64,000 bases of DNA, from contig JBBTYA010000002.1 of assembly GCA_038061995.1 (NCBI GenBank), positions 83,282 through 147,281 of the forward strand, read 5' to 3'. Of this stretch, positions 1 through 9,095 are shown piece by piece (the stretch's first letter is position 1; each line of letters begins with the position of its first letter). The stretch comes from Patescibacteria group bacterium (GTDB lineage Bacteria > Patescibacteriota > Minisyncoccia > 2-02-FULL-40-12 > GWA2-44-9). Under the pieces are notes generated by a model. It saw only the letters and a program-made list of their open reading frames with translations. It did not search any database and was not told the DNA's origin. Both the position numbers and the translations under genes were made by a program.

Positions 1-52
1 TAGTAGACTAGTGCTTTCGTTTCCTGTAGAGTACGGCGCTAAGGAGGCGGCT

Positions 53-325
53 ATGCTCGATGGATTGATTTGGCTCGCCATCGCATGGGGCTTTGGGTTC
101 GTTGGAAGCGTGCTCGCTGGGCTCCATGCGGTGATGGGTGTCGGCTTGCTCGCCTTGACCGGCGTGCTGATCGCCGTCATTTTCAAGCGATCTCCGGGCG
201 GCATCACGGGAAGTTCCCCTTCGTCAACATTCGATGTTGCCAGTACGAGAGATCGATGCGTTCTTCTCCTCTGGTTGATCGCATGGGTGGCGGGACTCTG
301 CCAAGGACTGTGGGCGGCATCGTAG
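53..325 (+). CDS. hypothetical small membrane protein (about 90 aa)
   Basis: ORF 11..325. An internal Met at 53 is preceded by AAGGAGG. Hydrophobic TM-like segments. Followed by an intrinsic terminator. Confidence 0.45.
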   Translation: MLDGLIWLAIAWGFGFVGSVLAGLHAVMGVGLLALTGVLIAVIFKRSPGGITGSSPSSTFDVASTRDRCVLLLWLIAWVAGLCQGLWAAS

Positions 326-336
326 TCGTTCACCGT

Positions 337-370
337 GGCCGCTGTTAACACCAGCGGCCATTGTTTTTTA
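337..370 (+). terminator. rho-independent terminator
   Basis: Hairpin GGCCGCTG-ttaacacc-AGCGGCC followed by a TTTTTT run. Confidence 0.5.
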
Positions 371-395
371 TAACGCATACCGCAAGCCCCCTTCC

Positions 396-542
396 CACAC
401 ATATAGCCCCCCACCCCCTCCCCACCACGCGTCGAGCATCCTGCGAATGCTCGCGCTCCTACTCGCCCTCACCTTACGTTATTGAGCAACTCTTACTGTT
501 CGGGCTGTGAGAGGGTAGAACCGTGGGCGTGGGGTATGTGTG
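396..542. repeat. conserved ~104-nt intergenic element, copy 1 (core 420..523) enclosed by a flanking inverted-repeat stem; candidate structured RNA gene
   Basis: Core is about 93% identical to 58345..58448. Contains the hairpin CGAGCAT-cctgcga-ATGCTCG. Flanks CACACATA...CCCCACC / GGTGGG...TATGTGTG can pair. Confidence 0.6.
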
Positions 543-577
543 CTAGGTGAGGTAGTAGTGTAATATGTCGTAAGAAA

Positions 578-1543
578 ATGAACTACGGATTCTGGAAAGA
601 GTTACCACAACCATTTTTTGTACTAGCGCCCATGGCAGATGTTACTGATCTGCCGTTTCGTCGCATCGTTGCACAGTGCGGCCGTCCCGATGTGTGGTAC
701 ACCGAATTTGTTGCAGCGGCGGGGCTTGCGTCACGTGGACGTGAAAAACTCTTGCCGCTTCTTCGCTTTGAACCCAGCGAGCAACCTATTGTGGCGCAAT
801 TTTTTGGAGCAGATCCGGAGCAGATGTTTCAAGCAGCACAGCTTGCGCGAGAACTCGGCTTTGCTGGTGTAGATATCAATATGGGATGCCCTGATCGAAA
901 GGTGATGAAGCAAGGTGCCGGCATTGGTTTGTGCAAAGATCCTGCGCGTGCGCGAGCTATCATCGCTGCCGCAAAAGAAGGCGCCGGAGATCTTCCCGTT
1001 TCTGTGAAAACACGACTCGGTCTTTCCAGTGTTGACCTTGAAGGATGGATCCGCCCACTTCTTGAAGAGCATATTCCCACCCTTATTATTCACGGACGCA
1101 CTGCGAAAGAATTATCACAAGTTCCTGCGCACTGGGATCTCATTGCAAATGTGGTTGCTATGGCAAAAGAATATCAGACGCTTGTTGTCGGCAACGGAGA
1201 CGTGATGTCTCGCGCAGAAGGCGAAGCGCGCGCACAAGAAAGTGGTGCAGATGGCGTTATGGTTGGGCGAGGTATTTTTCATAACCCGTGGTTGTTTGCT
1301 ACTGATCCTGATCGTCCACGTACACCTCGCGAACGAATTATATTATTACAAGCACATGCGGATGCGTTTGAAGAGATTTGGGGAGCGCGTGCCAGAAATT
1401 TTGATACGCTTAAACGCTTCTTTAAGATTTATATCTCGGGATGGGATGGCGCGAAAGAGGTGCGCACGCAGTATATGGAGGCAAAAACGTTTGATGACGT
1501 ACGTGCCATCACTCGCAGCGCGCTTTTACAATTCTCCGCATAA
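578..1543 (+). CDS. dus: tRNA-dihydrouridine synthase
   Basis: Translation shows the Dus family TIM-barrel with FMN-binding motifs (LAPMADVTD, GVDINMGCP, KTRLG). Confidence 0.9.
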   Translation: MNYGFWKELPQPFFVLAPMADVTDLPFRRIVAQCGRPDVWYTEFVAAAGLASRGREKLLPLLRFEPSEQPIVAQFFGADPEQMFQAAQLARELGFAGVDINMGCPDRKVMKQGAGIGLCKDPARARAIIAAAKEGAGDLPVSVKTRLGLSSVDLEGWIRPLLEEHIPTLIIHGRTAKELSQVPAHWDLIANVVAMAKEYQTLVVGNGDVMSRAEGEARAQESGADGVMVGRGIFHNPWLFATDPDRPRTPRERIILLQAHADAFEEIWGARARNFDTLKRFFKIYISGWDGAKEVRTQYMEAKTFDDVRAITRSALLQFSA

Positions 1544-1550
1544 AAAATAT

Positions 1551-1576
1551 CCCCGCCACGGTGTGTTGTGACGGGG
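1551..1576 (-). terminator. hairpin terminator (T-run on the minus strand)
   Basis: CCCCGCCAC-ggtgtgtt-GTGACGGGG hairpin with an A-run on its plus-strand 5' side. It sits downstream of the minus ORF 1587..1859. Confidence 0.4.
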
Positions 1577-1586
1577 AGGGGAGGGA

Positions 1587-1859
1587 CTAGTTGTCGCCCG
1601 AGAGCACGAACTTTCGCGCTCTGCGCGGGTCGGCGAGTCGCTGCTGGTGCACGCCGCTGACTTCTTCCAGGGCGCACGACGACGGCAGGCAACCGCACGT
1701 GGGGTAGAGGTCCGGCACGGGGGTGCCCGATTCCTGCAGAAAGATCTCGTAAATGGCCTTGTCGATCTGCGTGGCCTCGAGATCTTCAGTGAAAACGGGC
1801 GCGGGGATCGCTTCGCCGCGGCGTCTCAAGACGCGGATCTGCTGGGTGACGGGCTTCAA
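1587..1859 (-). CDS. hypothetical protein (90 aa, probable TTG start)
   Basis: ORF in a GC-rich 400-nt gap between dus and the helicase. Supported only by the downstream terminator. No homology recognised. Confidence 0.3.
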   Translation of the reverse strand: MKPVTQQIRVLRRRGEAIPAPVFTEDLEATQIDKAIYEIFLQESGTPVPDLYPTCGCLPSSCALEEVSGVHQQRLADPRRARKFVLSGDN

Positions 1860-1941
1860 GGGCCGACATTTACATATTATCTACCCTTTTATGATTTTAG
1901 TCAAAATACTCACTGTGGGCGGTTCGTGGTACTAATAGTAT

Positions 1942-4857
1942 ATGCAGGCGCACGCTACTCGAAAGAATGTGGAAGCTGGCTATGAGAAAGCCTTTGCGGC
2001 GCTCAATGAACGCCAGCGTGAAGCCGTTTCTGCGCTTGAAGGCCCCGTGATGGTCATCGCAGGGCCGGGAACTGGGAAGACTCAGATGCTCACGTTGCGC
2101 ATTGCAACGATTCTTGCAAAAACCGACTACCCGCCGGAAGCGATCCTTGCGCTCACATTCACTGAATCTGGCGCTCTCGCGATGCGCAAGCGTTTAGCCG
2201 ATCTCATCGGGCCAGATGCCTATCGCGTTACGATTACAACCTTCCATGGTTTTGCGCACAACCTTATCCAAGCGCACGCCGATGCCTTTCCAGATATTAT
2301 TGGTGGTCGCGCGATGGCCGACGTAGAGGGCGTTGACCTTCTTTCTGAACTACTCCAAGCAGGGGCATATACGGCCTTACGTCCTAGTGGTGATCCTGAG
2401 TATTATATACAGCACTGTATTCGAGCTATTAGTGAGTTAAAGCGTGAAGGCATTTCTCCCGAGGCGTTTACCCAGATTGTTCGTGAGGATGTGCCGAGCG
2501 ACGAAGAAGAAGGCGAGACTTCAGACCGCATGTATGCACGGCGCGCAGAATTAGCAACGCTCTATGCCGCATACATGGCCGCATGTGCCGAACGGCGCTG
2601 GTATGATTTTGACGACATGATCACGCGTGCTCATGATGCCATGATGCATGATGGCGAAGTGGCTGCAGATGTGCGTGAGCGTTATCAGCACATTCTTATT
2701 GATGAACACCAAGACACCAACGCCGCACAGCACGGATTGGTAGACGCGATTATTCACGACGACACCAGCCCGAACATTTTTGTGGTGGGTGATACGAAGC
2801 AGGCGATCTATCGATTCCAAGGCGCTTCGCAAGAAAACTTTCATGCCCTTCAGCGAGCATTTAAAAAAATGCGCGTGGTAACGCTCGATACTAACTATCG
2901 CTCTACACAGCACGTCCTTGATGCAGCGCATGGTCTTGCACCACACAGTGAACCACTTCGTGCACACCGAGCGCTCGCGGGAACTCCAGTACGTATCGGA
3001 ATCTTTTCTCACACTGACGTTGAGCTTTTTGGCATTGCAAGAATTATCCAACAGCATATCACTGACGGTGTTGCCCCCGAAGACATTGCTGTGCTTGTAC
3101 GTGATAACGCGCATGCAGAACCCATCGTTCGCGCGCTAGGTCGCGTAGGTATTCGTGCTGCCCACACAGCGAATCAATCACTCTTTCGTCATCCACGTAT
3201 GCGGCCATTGCTTCTCCTTTTTCGCGCGGCGTGCAACGCGGGAGATCACTACGCACTCGCGGAAGCGCTCCAAGCTGGCGCGGGAAAGTGCGATGTTATA
3301 GACGTCTTTCGCTTCATGCGCACCTTGCGCTCTGGGCAAGATGCGTGGAATCTCATCCGCTCAGAGCCCGCATTGCGCGAAGCGGGGATTCTTCACCCAA
3401 AGCCATTTCTCGAAGTTGCTGAAAAAGTCATACGAGCTCATGAGTATGGGAGACAGCATGGCCCGCTGGCGCTCCTAGACCTTCTCATTCCTCTTGTGGA
3501 TCTCTTTGACTCTCCCGACGACATGACTGATATGCGCGCCTTGCGAACTCTGTATGCCGCAGTACGCGGCATTATGGCGCGGACTCCTGATATGTCATTA
3601 GATACCGCATGGCATGCGCTTGTGCGTGCGCACGATCACGGCGCGCTGTCTCTTCCCGTGCATGCGCTCCCGCCCGGCTACGTTCGTGTTATGACCGCAC
3701 ACCGTGCCAAGGGGCTTGAGTTCCGTGTGGTAGTGATCGCCCATGCTGTTGATGGAACGTGGGGTGGTAAACAGCGTCGCGAACTGCTTACGCTCCCTGA
3801 AAAGGTGTATCGCATCGCAGATGCAGTATCTACAGACCCAGAAGGCGACGAGCGCAATGTGTTTTATGTAGCGCTCACGCGCGCAAAAGATGTGGCTTAT
3901 ATTATGTACGCAACGCGAGACCTTGAAGACCGCGAGCGCCTTCCCTCGCGATTTCTTTCAGAGATCCACCCAGCGCATATTGAATCGCTTCCAGTAGATG
4001 TGTATGAATCTGCATATCTTACAGAACACGTAGCAGAGAGAGCACAGACTCAGCCACCCGCTGATGTGCACGCGTACGTGAAAGAATTATTTGTCACTTC
4101 GGGGCTTTCGGTGACTGCGCTGAATAACTATCTTTCATGTCCGTGGAAATTCTTTTTCCGTAATTTAGTGCGCATGCCAGAGGCGCCTCACGCGCACGCA
4201 CAGCTTGGCACGGCTATTCACGCAGCACTGCGTGCCTTTGGAGAGGCATTTACACGCACGGGGGAGCAGGCGCCAACCATCGCTCGCGCCGCATTCATAA
4301 AAGCACTAGAACATGAACCGCTCACGTTACGTGATCGCCAGCGTCTTGAAGAACGCGGGCTCGAAATGGTGGAAGGATATCTTACTGAGCGTGCCGAGCT
4401 GTGGCGCCGCGATGCTCTCTATGAACTGCGTATTTCAGATGTACCTGCCCATGAGGGGATCGTACTCCACGGCGCTCTCGATAAGCTTGAAAAGATTTCT
4501 CCCACAGAAGCGCACGTTGTGGACTATAAAACGGGAGCATTTAAAACACGCAATGCTCTTTTAGGAAAAACAAAAGACGCGACTGGAGATGAGGTGCGTC
4601 AGTTAGCGTTCTATGCAATTCTTTTACGTGGCTACCAAGGCGGCTCGCTTCGTATGGTATCTGGCCAGATTGAATATATTCAACCAGATTCACGCGAGAA
4701 GTATCGTGGTGAATCATTTGTAGTGGATGAACTTCCTGTCGCAGAGACAGAAGCGGCAATTAAAAAGGTCATCTCTGAAGTGCTCGCACTCTCATTCTGG
4801 GAAAAGAAGTGTGATGACCGCGAGTGCGCCTACTGCATGATGCGCTTTGGTGTATAA
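1942..4857 (+). CDS. UvrD/PcrA-family helicase fused to a C-terminal PD-(D/E)xK (Cas4/AddB-like) nuclease domain with a Cys cluster
   Basis: Walker A motif AGPGTGKT and the UvrD motif set. C-terminus has GALDKLE, VVDYKTG and RQLAFYA (D, ExK, QxxxY) plus the Cys cluster CDDRECAYC. Confidence 0.85.
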   Translation: MQAHATRKNVEAGYEKAFAALNERQREAVSALEGPVMVIAGPGTGKTQMLTLRIATILAKTDYPPEAILALTFTESGALAMRKRLADLIGPDAYRVTITTFHGFAHNLIQAHADAFPDIIGGRAMADVEGVDLLSELLQAGAYTALRPSGDPEYYIQHCIRAISELKREGISPEAFTQIVREDVPSDEEEGETSDRMYARRAELATLYAAYMAACAERRWYDFDDMITRAHDAMMHDGEVAADVRERYQHILIDEHQDTNAAQHGLVDAIIHDDTSPNIFVVGDTKQAIYRFQGASQENFHALQRAFKKMRVVTLDTNYRSTQHVLDAAHGLAPHSEPLRAHRALAGTPVRIGIFSHTDVELFGIARIIQQHITDGVAPEDIAVLVRDNAHAEPIVRALGRVGIRAAHTANQSLFRHPRMRPLLLLFRAACNAGDHYALAEALQAGAGKCDVIDVFRFMRTLRSGQDAWNLIRSEPALREAGILHPKPFLEVAEKVIRAHEYGRQHGPLALLDLLIPLVDLFDSPDDMTDMRALRTLYAAVRGIMARTPDMSLDTAWHALVRAHDHGALSLPVHALPPGYVRVMTAHRAKGLEFRVVVIAHAVDGTWGGKQRRELLTLPEKVYRIADAVSTDPEGDERNVFYVALTRAKDVAYIMYATRDLEDRERLPSRFLSEIHPAHIESLPVDVYESAYLTEHVAERAQTQPPADVHAYVKELFVTSGLSVTALNNYLSCPWKFFFRNLVRMPEAPHAHAQLGTAIHAALRAFGEAFTRTGEQAPTIARAAFIKALEHEPLTLRDRQRLEERGLEMVEGYLTERAELWRRDALYELRISDVPAHEGIVLHGALDKLEKISPTEAHVVDYKTGAFKTRNALLGKTKDATGDEVRQLAFYAILLRGYQGGSLRMVSGQIEYIQPDSREKYRGESFVVDELPVAETEAAIKKVISEVLALSFWEKKCDDRECAYCMMRFGV

Positions 4858-4922
4858 AAAAGAACGACCCCCGACTACTTCTTGTCGATGGCTTCAACCT
4901 CCAGTGCTAATTATAGCACAAA

Positions 4923-4968
4923 ATAGAGTAAAAAGCAAGGCCCTCTTTACCCACTATTCCACACGTAT
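4923..4968. promoter_or_regulatory. perfect 10-bp inverted repeat (CAAGGCCCTC..GAGGGCCTTG) with a 26-nt loop; possible operator or RNA structure
   Basis: Lies upstream of 4981 and is immediately followed by a TATACT -10-like hexamer at 4972..4977. Confidence 0.3.
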
Positions 4969-4980
4969 TTCGAGGGCCTT

Positions 4981-7095
4981 GTGCTATACTTTTATGCGAT
5001 GGCAGGCACTAAGATCATACACGTCCTAAAGGACGATACCTTCGACGAGCTTCTTGGCATTGTGCAAGGGACGCCCGCCTCGGAGGTTGTTTTTATTCTT
5101 CCTAAGCGCTCTAAGGCGTTTTCTCAAACGGAAGATTTTGCGACGCTCGCAAGCGAGGCGTTGGCAAATGAAAAACGAGTTACGTTCATGACGCCAAACG
5201 CTGAAGTGGCAGCGTTGGCGCGCGATCATGCTTTTGAGGTAGTCCTCAACACCCCAAAGGGCGGAGCACGTAAAAAGCCACTGGCAGCACTCGCTGTCTC
5301 TGGAAGGAATGACGTTGTGCTTCCTTCGGATGAAGTCATGGGTGAACCCGATGAAGATGAAGGCGAAATTCCTGATCGCGCACCATTTCGAGGCGTAGAT
5401 GCAGATGGCGATGGTTTTTATGACGATCAAGAGCCAGGTGTGCCACGTAAAAAAGAAGACGAAGGATTCCACGAAGAAGAGTTGGATGCTGACGTCGATG
5501 GTACAAAAGTAGAGGAAGGCGAAGATGTAGATGCCGACGATGTCGATAAAGATGTGCTTGAAGATGATCTCGAACCTTCTCTTGATGAGCTCACAGACGT
5601 AGAAGCGGAAGAGGTCGCTGCTGATGGCGGCTCACCTCGCGCTACGCTTGCGGCGGCGCCAGGGCGTCGTCTGGATAGCGCAATTCCTTCTGCAATTGGC
5701 CGCGGAAGGGCGGTGCCCGTAAGAGGAACTCAAGGAAAGCGATCTACCGTTCCTTTGCAGAGAGAAGCGCGTGTTGATGACCTCGCAACAGTGTGGGGTG
5801 CGCCAAGTAAAGAGGGTGGTATTTGGGGACCTCCGGTGCCTACCACAGAAAAGCGCGGCTCCTGGTTCTCGCGACTATTTCGCAGGAGTCATTCTCAACC
5901 ACGCCCCGTAGCCGTTCGCGGTGGGGGCATTTCTACCGTCGGTAAAATCGGTATCGGCATCACAATCTTAGCTATTGCTGCCCTTGCCATCTATCTCTTC
6001 ACTCCGCAATCAGCTCATTTGGCTATTTCGCCTATGGCGTCAAAGCTTGAGGCGAGCTTACCCGTATTAGCGGATCGTAATGTGCAAGAGATGAATATAG
6101 CTATTGGGGTGATGCCTGGGCAATTCATTACTATAGAAAAGACTGCGGAACAGACATTTACGTCGAGCGGAGAGCGCGATGTGGCACAAAAAGCTCGTGG
6201 CACAGTAACTATTATCAATGCATTTAGCGCCACACCGCAGACATTTATTGCAACAACGCGTTTAGAAACCAAGGAAGGTCTCATGTTCCGTACATTGCGA
6301 ACCATTACGGTTCCGGGCATGCGCGGCACTGAACCGGGCAAAGCTTCTGTTGAGGTGATCGCGGATAAACCAGGCGTTACCTATAACATCGCCCCTAGCT
6401 CATTTGTATTTTCAGCATTTAAGGAGCGAAACGATGCTGAGCGCTATGCAAAGTTTACCGCGACATCATCCGCCCCTATGGCGGGAGGCATTCAAGGGAA
6501 GGCAAAAGTTGCTACGGAAGCTGATATCGTGAAAGCTCGCGCCGCAGTAGAGAATGAATTAAAGCAGCTTATCGCCGATGGACTTACTGACGCGCGCACG
6601 CGAGCGGTTATTCTCGATGGCGCCACCAAGACGTCAGAAGTGGCGATAACTACCTCAGTGCTTCAGGATGAAGCGGCAGATACCTTCACGGCAACCGCAA
6701 AGCAAACCATCACCACTGTAGGTTTTCGAGAAGAGGACATGCACGCCTTTATTAAAGAATCGCTAGAGAAGAAGCACCCTATTACTGTCTTGCCCGAATA
6801 TATAACGTATTCGGTGACGAACCCGATCTTCGATGAGAAGGCCGGTACGCTTCGTGGCACGGTGCAAGTGGGAGGTACGGCGTTTGCGGCCGTTTCTTCA
6901 GACGCCATCCGCGATGGAGTGCGTGGCCAAACACGCGAACAGCTCGAAAGCTTCATCCGCTCACAGGAAGCAAAGATAGGTTCTGCTCGCGTCACGCTCT
7001 CGCCTCGATGGGCCACAAAAGCCCCCGATGATACGAGCCGTATTTCGGTCGAATTGATCTATGCGACCCCTCAACCAAGCCCTACGAGCGACTAG
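4981..7095 (+). CDS. hypothetical bitopic membrane protein
   Basis: About 95-aa N-terminal domain, a long D/E-rich linker, one TM helix near residue 320 and an extracytoplasmic C-terminal domain of about 370 aa. The start may instead be the Met at 4999. Confidence 0.6.
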   Translation: MLYFYAMAGTKIIHVLKDDTFDELLGIVQGTPASEVVFILPKRSKAFSQTEDFATLASEALANEKRVTFMTPNAEVAALARDHAFEVVLNTPKGGARKKPLAALAVSGRNDVVLPSDEVMGEPDEDEGEIPDRAPFRGVDADGDGFYDDQEPGVPRKKEDEGFHEEELDADVDGTKVEEGEDVDADDVDKDVLEDDLEPSLDELTDVEAEEVAADGGSPRATLAAAPGRRLDSAIPSAIGRGRAVPVRGTQGKRSTVPLQREARVDDLATVWGAPSKEGGIWGPPVPTTEKRGSWFSRLFRRSHSQPRPVAVRGGGISTVGKIGIGITILAIAALAIYLFTPQSAHLAISPMASKLEASLPVLADRNVQEMNIAIGVMPGQFITIEKTAEQTFTSSGERDVAQKARGTVTIINAFSATPQTFIATTRLETKEGLMFRTLRTITVPGMRGTEPGKASVEVIADKPGVTYNIAPSSFVFSAFKERNDAERYAKFTATSSAPMAGGIQGKAKVATEADIVKARAAVENELKQLIADGLTDARTRAVILDGATKTSEVAITTSVLQDEAADTFTATAKQTITTVGFREEDMHAFIKESLEKKHPITVLPEYITYSVTNPIFDEKAGTLRGTVQVGGTAFAAVSSDAIRDGVRGQTREQLESFIRSQEAKIGSARVTLSPRWATKAPDDTSRISVELIYATPQPSPTSD

Positions 7096-7098
7096 TCG

Positions 7099-7127
7099 TT
7101 GACAGCGGAACGCGCCTTTGCTACCAT
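7099..7127 (+). promoter_or_regulatory. sigma70-like promoter TTGACA-N17-TACCAT
   Basis: Sequence match located just upstream of infA. Confidence 0.4.
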
Positions 7128-7148
7128 ATGCAAGCTCGCGCCGTTCGT

Positions 7149-7385
7149 ATGTACGGATGCGGCTCCTTTTCACGAGTGGCTGACCAGAAGCAAAAAATAA
7201 CCGGTATGGTAGTTGAGGCATTGCCTGACACGAATTTTCGCGTCCAATTGCCCGACGGCCGCATTCTCCTCGTATACTTAGCGGGGAAGATGCGTCTCCA
7301 CCGTATCAAGGTTATGCTGGGCGACACGGTAACTGTGGAGCTTGCTCCTGACGGTTCCCGTGGCCGGATTGTGTATCGGAATTAA
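7149..7385 (+). CDS. infA: translation initiation factor IF-1
   Basis: KITGMVVEALPDTNFRVQLPDGRILLVYLAGKMRLHRIKVMLGDTVTVELAP matches the IF-1 S1-like fold. The start may be GTG at 7176. Confidence 0.85.
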   Translation: MYGCGSFSRVADQKQKITGMVVEALPDTNFRVQLPDGRILLVYLAGKMRLHRIKVMLGDTVTVELAPDGSRGRIVYRN

Positions 7386-7409
7386 TATTACTATTTATAG
7401 ACGATTGTT

Positions 7410-7523
7410 ATGAAGGTACGAGCTTCTGTCCGCCCCATGTGTAATAAATGTAAACTTGTGCGCCGCAAGAAGCGTATCTATTGCATTTGCTCGAATCCAA
7501 AGCATAAGCAGCGTCAAGGTTAA
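7410..7523 (+). CDS. rpmJ: 50S ribosomal protein L36
   Basis: 37-aa product [37 protein letters not shown]. Not present in the ORF track because it is shorter than 60 aa. Confidence 0.85.
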   Translation: MKVRASVRPMCNKCKLVRRKKRIYCICSNPKHKQRQG

Positions 7524-7527
7524 GATT

Positions 7528-7914
7528 ATGCCTCGTATTTTTGGTGTTCAAATCCCTGATAATAAAAAAGTGCTCTACGCCCTTCAGTATTTGTATGGCG
7601 TAGGTTTGGCAACAAGTAAGAAGGTGCTTTCTGAAGCAAAAGTTGATGGTGATAAGCGTGCTCAAGAATTGAGCGCTGACGAACTCAACCGTATTCAGAA
7701 GATCCTTGAAGGCTCACATAAACTCGAAGGTGATCTCCGCAAAGAGATCGGACAGAATATCAAGCGCTATAAAGATATCGGTACCTTGCATGGGAACCGT
7801 TTAGCTCGCCGCCTGCCCCTGAAAGGCAACACCCGCCGTAATTCACGTACGACACGTGGAAATGTTCGTAAGACCATGGGTTCTGGCCGTAAGGATGCAA
7901 ACCAAAAGACCTAA
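7528..7914 (+). CDS. rpsM: 30S ribosomal protein S13
   Basis: MPRIFGVQIPDNKKV... is a family match. The start is the internal Met of ORF 7456..7914. Confidence 0.95.
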   Translation: MPRIFGVQIPDNKKVLYALQYLYGVGLATSKKVLSEAKVDGDKRAQELSADELNRIQKILEGSHKLEGDLRKEIGQNIKRYKDIGTLHGNRLARRLPLKGNTRRNSRTTRGNVRKTMGSGRKDANQKT

Positions 7915-7919
7915 TTCAT

Positions 7920-8357
7920 ATGGGAAAGAAGAAAATTGTCACAAAAGTTGATACTGAAGTTTCCTCAACCGCAGCCGCGGGTACTCCTGCACGCCGCGGT
8001 GCAAAGCGCCAGGTGCTCAATGGCATCGCGAACATTTCTATTTCATACAACAATACGATCATCTCTATTGCTGATATGAAGGGGAATGTGCTGTCGTGGT
8101 CATCTTCAGGGCTCTTGGGATTCAAGGGGACAAAGAAATCTACCCCATACGCCGCTAACTTGGTGGCAAAAGACTGTCTCGAGAAATCAAAAAAGTACGG
8201 CGTTGCGAACGTAAAGATCGTTGTTCGTGGCGTCGGCCCAGCTCGTGAGTCGGCTATTCGCGGCATTGCATCCAGTGGTTTGCATATTCTTTCATTGCTC
8301 GATCGCACACCTGTTGCTCACAACGGTGTCCGCGCTCGTAAGCCGCGTCGCATCTAA
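7920..8357 (+). CDS. rpsK: 30S ribosomal protein S11
   Basis: Family match across the full length. Confidence 0.95.
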   Translation: MGKKKIVTKVDTEVSSTAAAGTPARRGAKRQVLNGIANISISYNNTIISIADMKGNVLSWSSSGLLGFKGTKKSTPYAANLVAKDCLEKSKKYGVANVKIVVRGVGPARESAIRGIASSGLHILSLLDRTPVAHNGVRARKPRRI

Positions 8358-8369
8358 TATTTATCATTT

Positions 8370-9011
8370 ATGGCACGTTATCTTGGACCACGAGAAAAAA
8401 TTGAGCGTCGCTTAGGAGAAAAGCTTGCCTTGAAAGGTGGGCGTTCTCACTCGCAAAAGTCAGCATTGGTACGTCGCCCGTACCCACCTGGTGTACATGG
8501 TAAAACGGGTAATTTTGGTAAGGTATCTGAATTCGGTCTCCAGCTTCGTTCGAAGCAGAAGGTTCGTAAGACCTATCGCCTCATGGAGAAGCAGTTTAAG
8601 AGCCTCATTCAGCGCGCTCTTACGGAAAAGAAAATCGACCCATACGACGCAATGATCGCAGCGCTCGAAACACGTTTGGATAACTCCGTGTTCCGCATGG
8701 GACTTGGACAATCCCGCGACCAAGCTCGCCAACTCGTAAGCCATGGTCACATCACCGTGAACGGCCGCAAGGTGACCATTCCTTCCTTCCGCGTCTCCCA
8801 AGGCGACGTTCTCGGCATTCGCGAAGGCAGTAAGAAGAACGTATTTATGGGAACCCTCATGCCACAGTGGCTTGCAAACTATGAAGCTCCAGCATGGATG
8901 GTGCTCGATAAGCAGACCCAGACCGCAACAATAACCACCATTCCAAAGATGGATGCCAGTGGTTTGAAGGTTGATGATTTGCAGGCAATTATTGAATATT
9001 ATTCCCGATAA
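8370..9011 (+). CDS. rpsD: 30S ribosomal protein S4
   Basis: MARYLGPREKIERRLG... matches S4, including its S4 domain. Confidence 0.95.
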   Translation: MARYLGPREKIERRLGEKLALKGGRSHSQKSALVRRPYPPGVHGKTGNFGKVSEFGLQLRSKQKVRKTYRLMEKQFKSLIQRALTEKKIDPYDAMIAALETRLDNSVFRMGLGQSRDQARQLVSHGHITVNGRKVTIPSFRVSQGDVLGIREGSKKNVFMGTLMPQWLANYEAPAWMVLDKQTQTATITTIPKMDASGLKVDDLQAIIEYYSR

Positions 9012-9095
9012 TTTCTGTCGCATCGCGTAGCTGCTTGAGCGCTCCCGACACGAATCCTCCTGACCGCTCATCACAGATACACGACGCACACCCGT

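Noticed and set aside
420-523. Possibility that the two-copy element is 5S rRNA. The minus strand shows CCGAAC..AGUAAG.. and GCGAGUAGG-like motifs in 5S order, with end-pairing and a length of about 119 nt.
   Set aside because: The region before the CCGAAC motif is about 10 nt too short for helices II and III, and the helix IV hairpin is in the wrong place. A 3'-end-like GAGAGGGUAGAAC motif sits on the opposite strand. The two copies differ by about 7%. I left it as an unknown structured RNA, to be tested with cmsearch.
731-1093. Minus-strand ORFs inside dus.
   Set aside because: They are antisense to a confidently identified gene.
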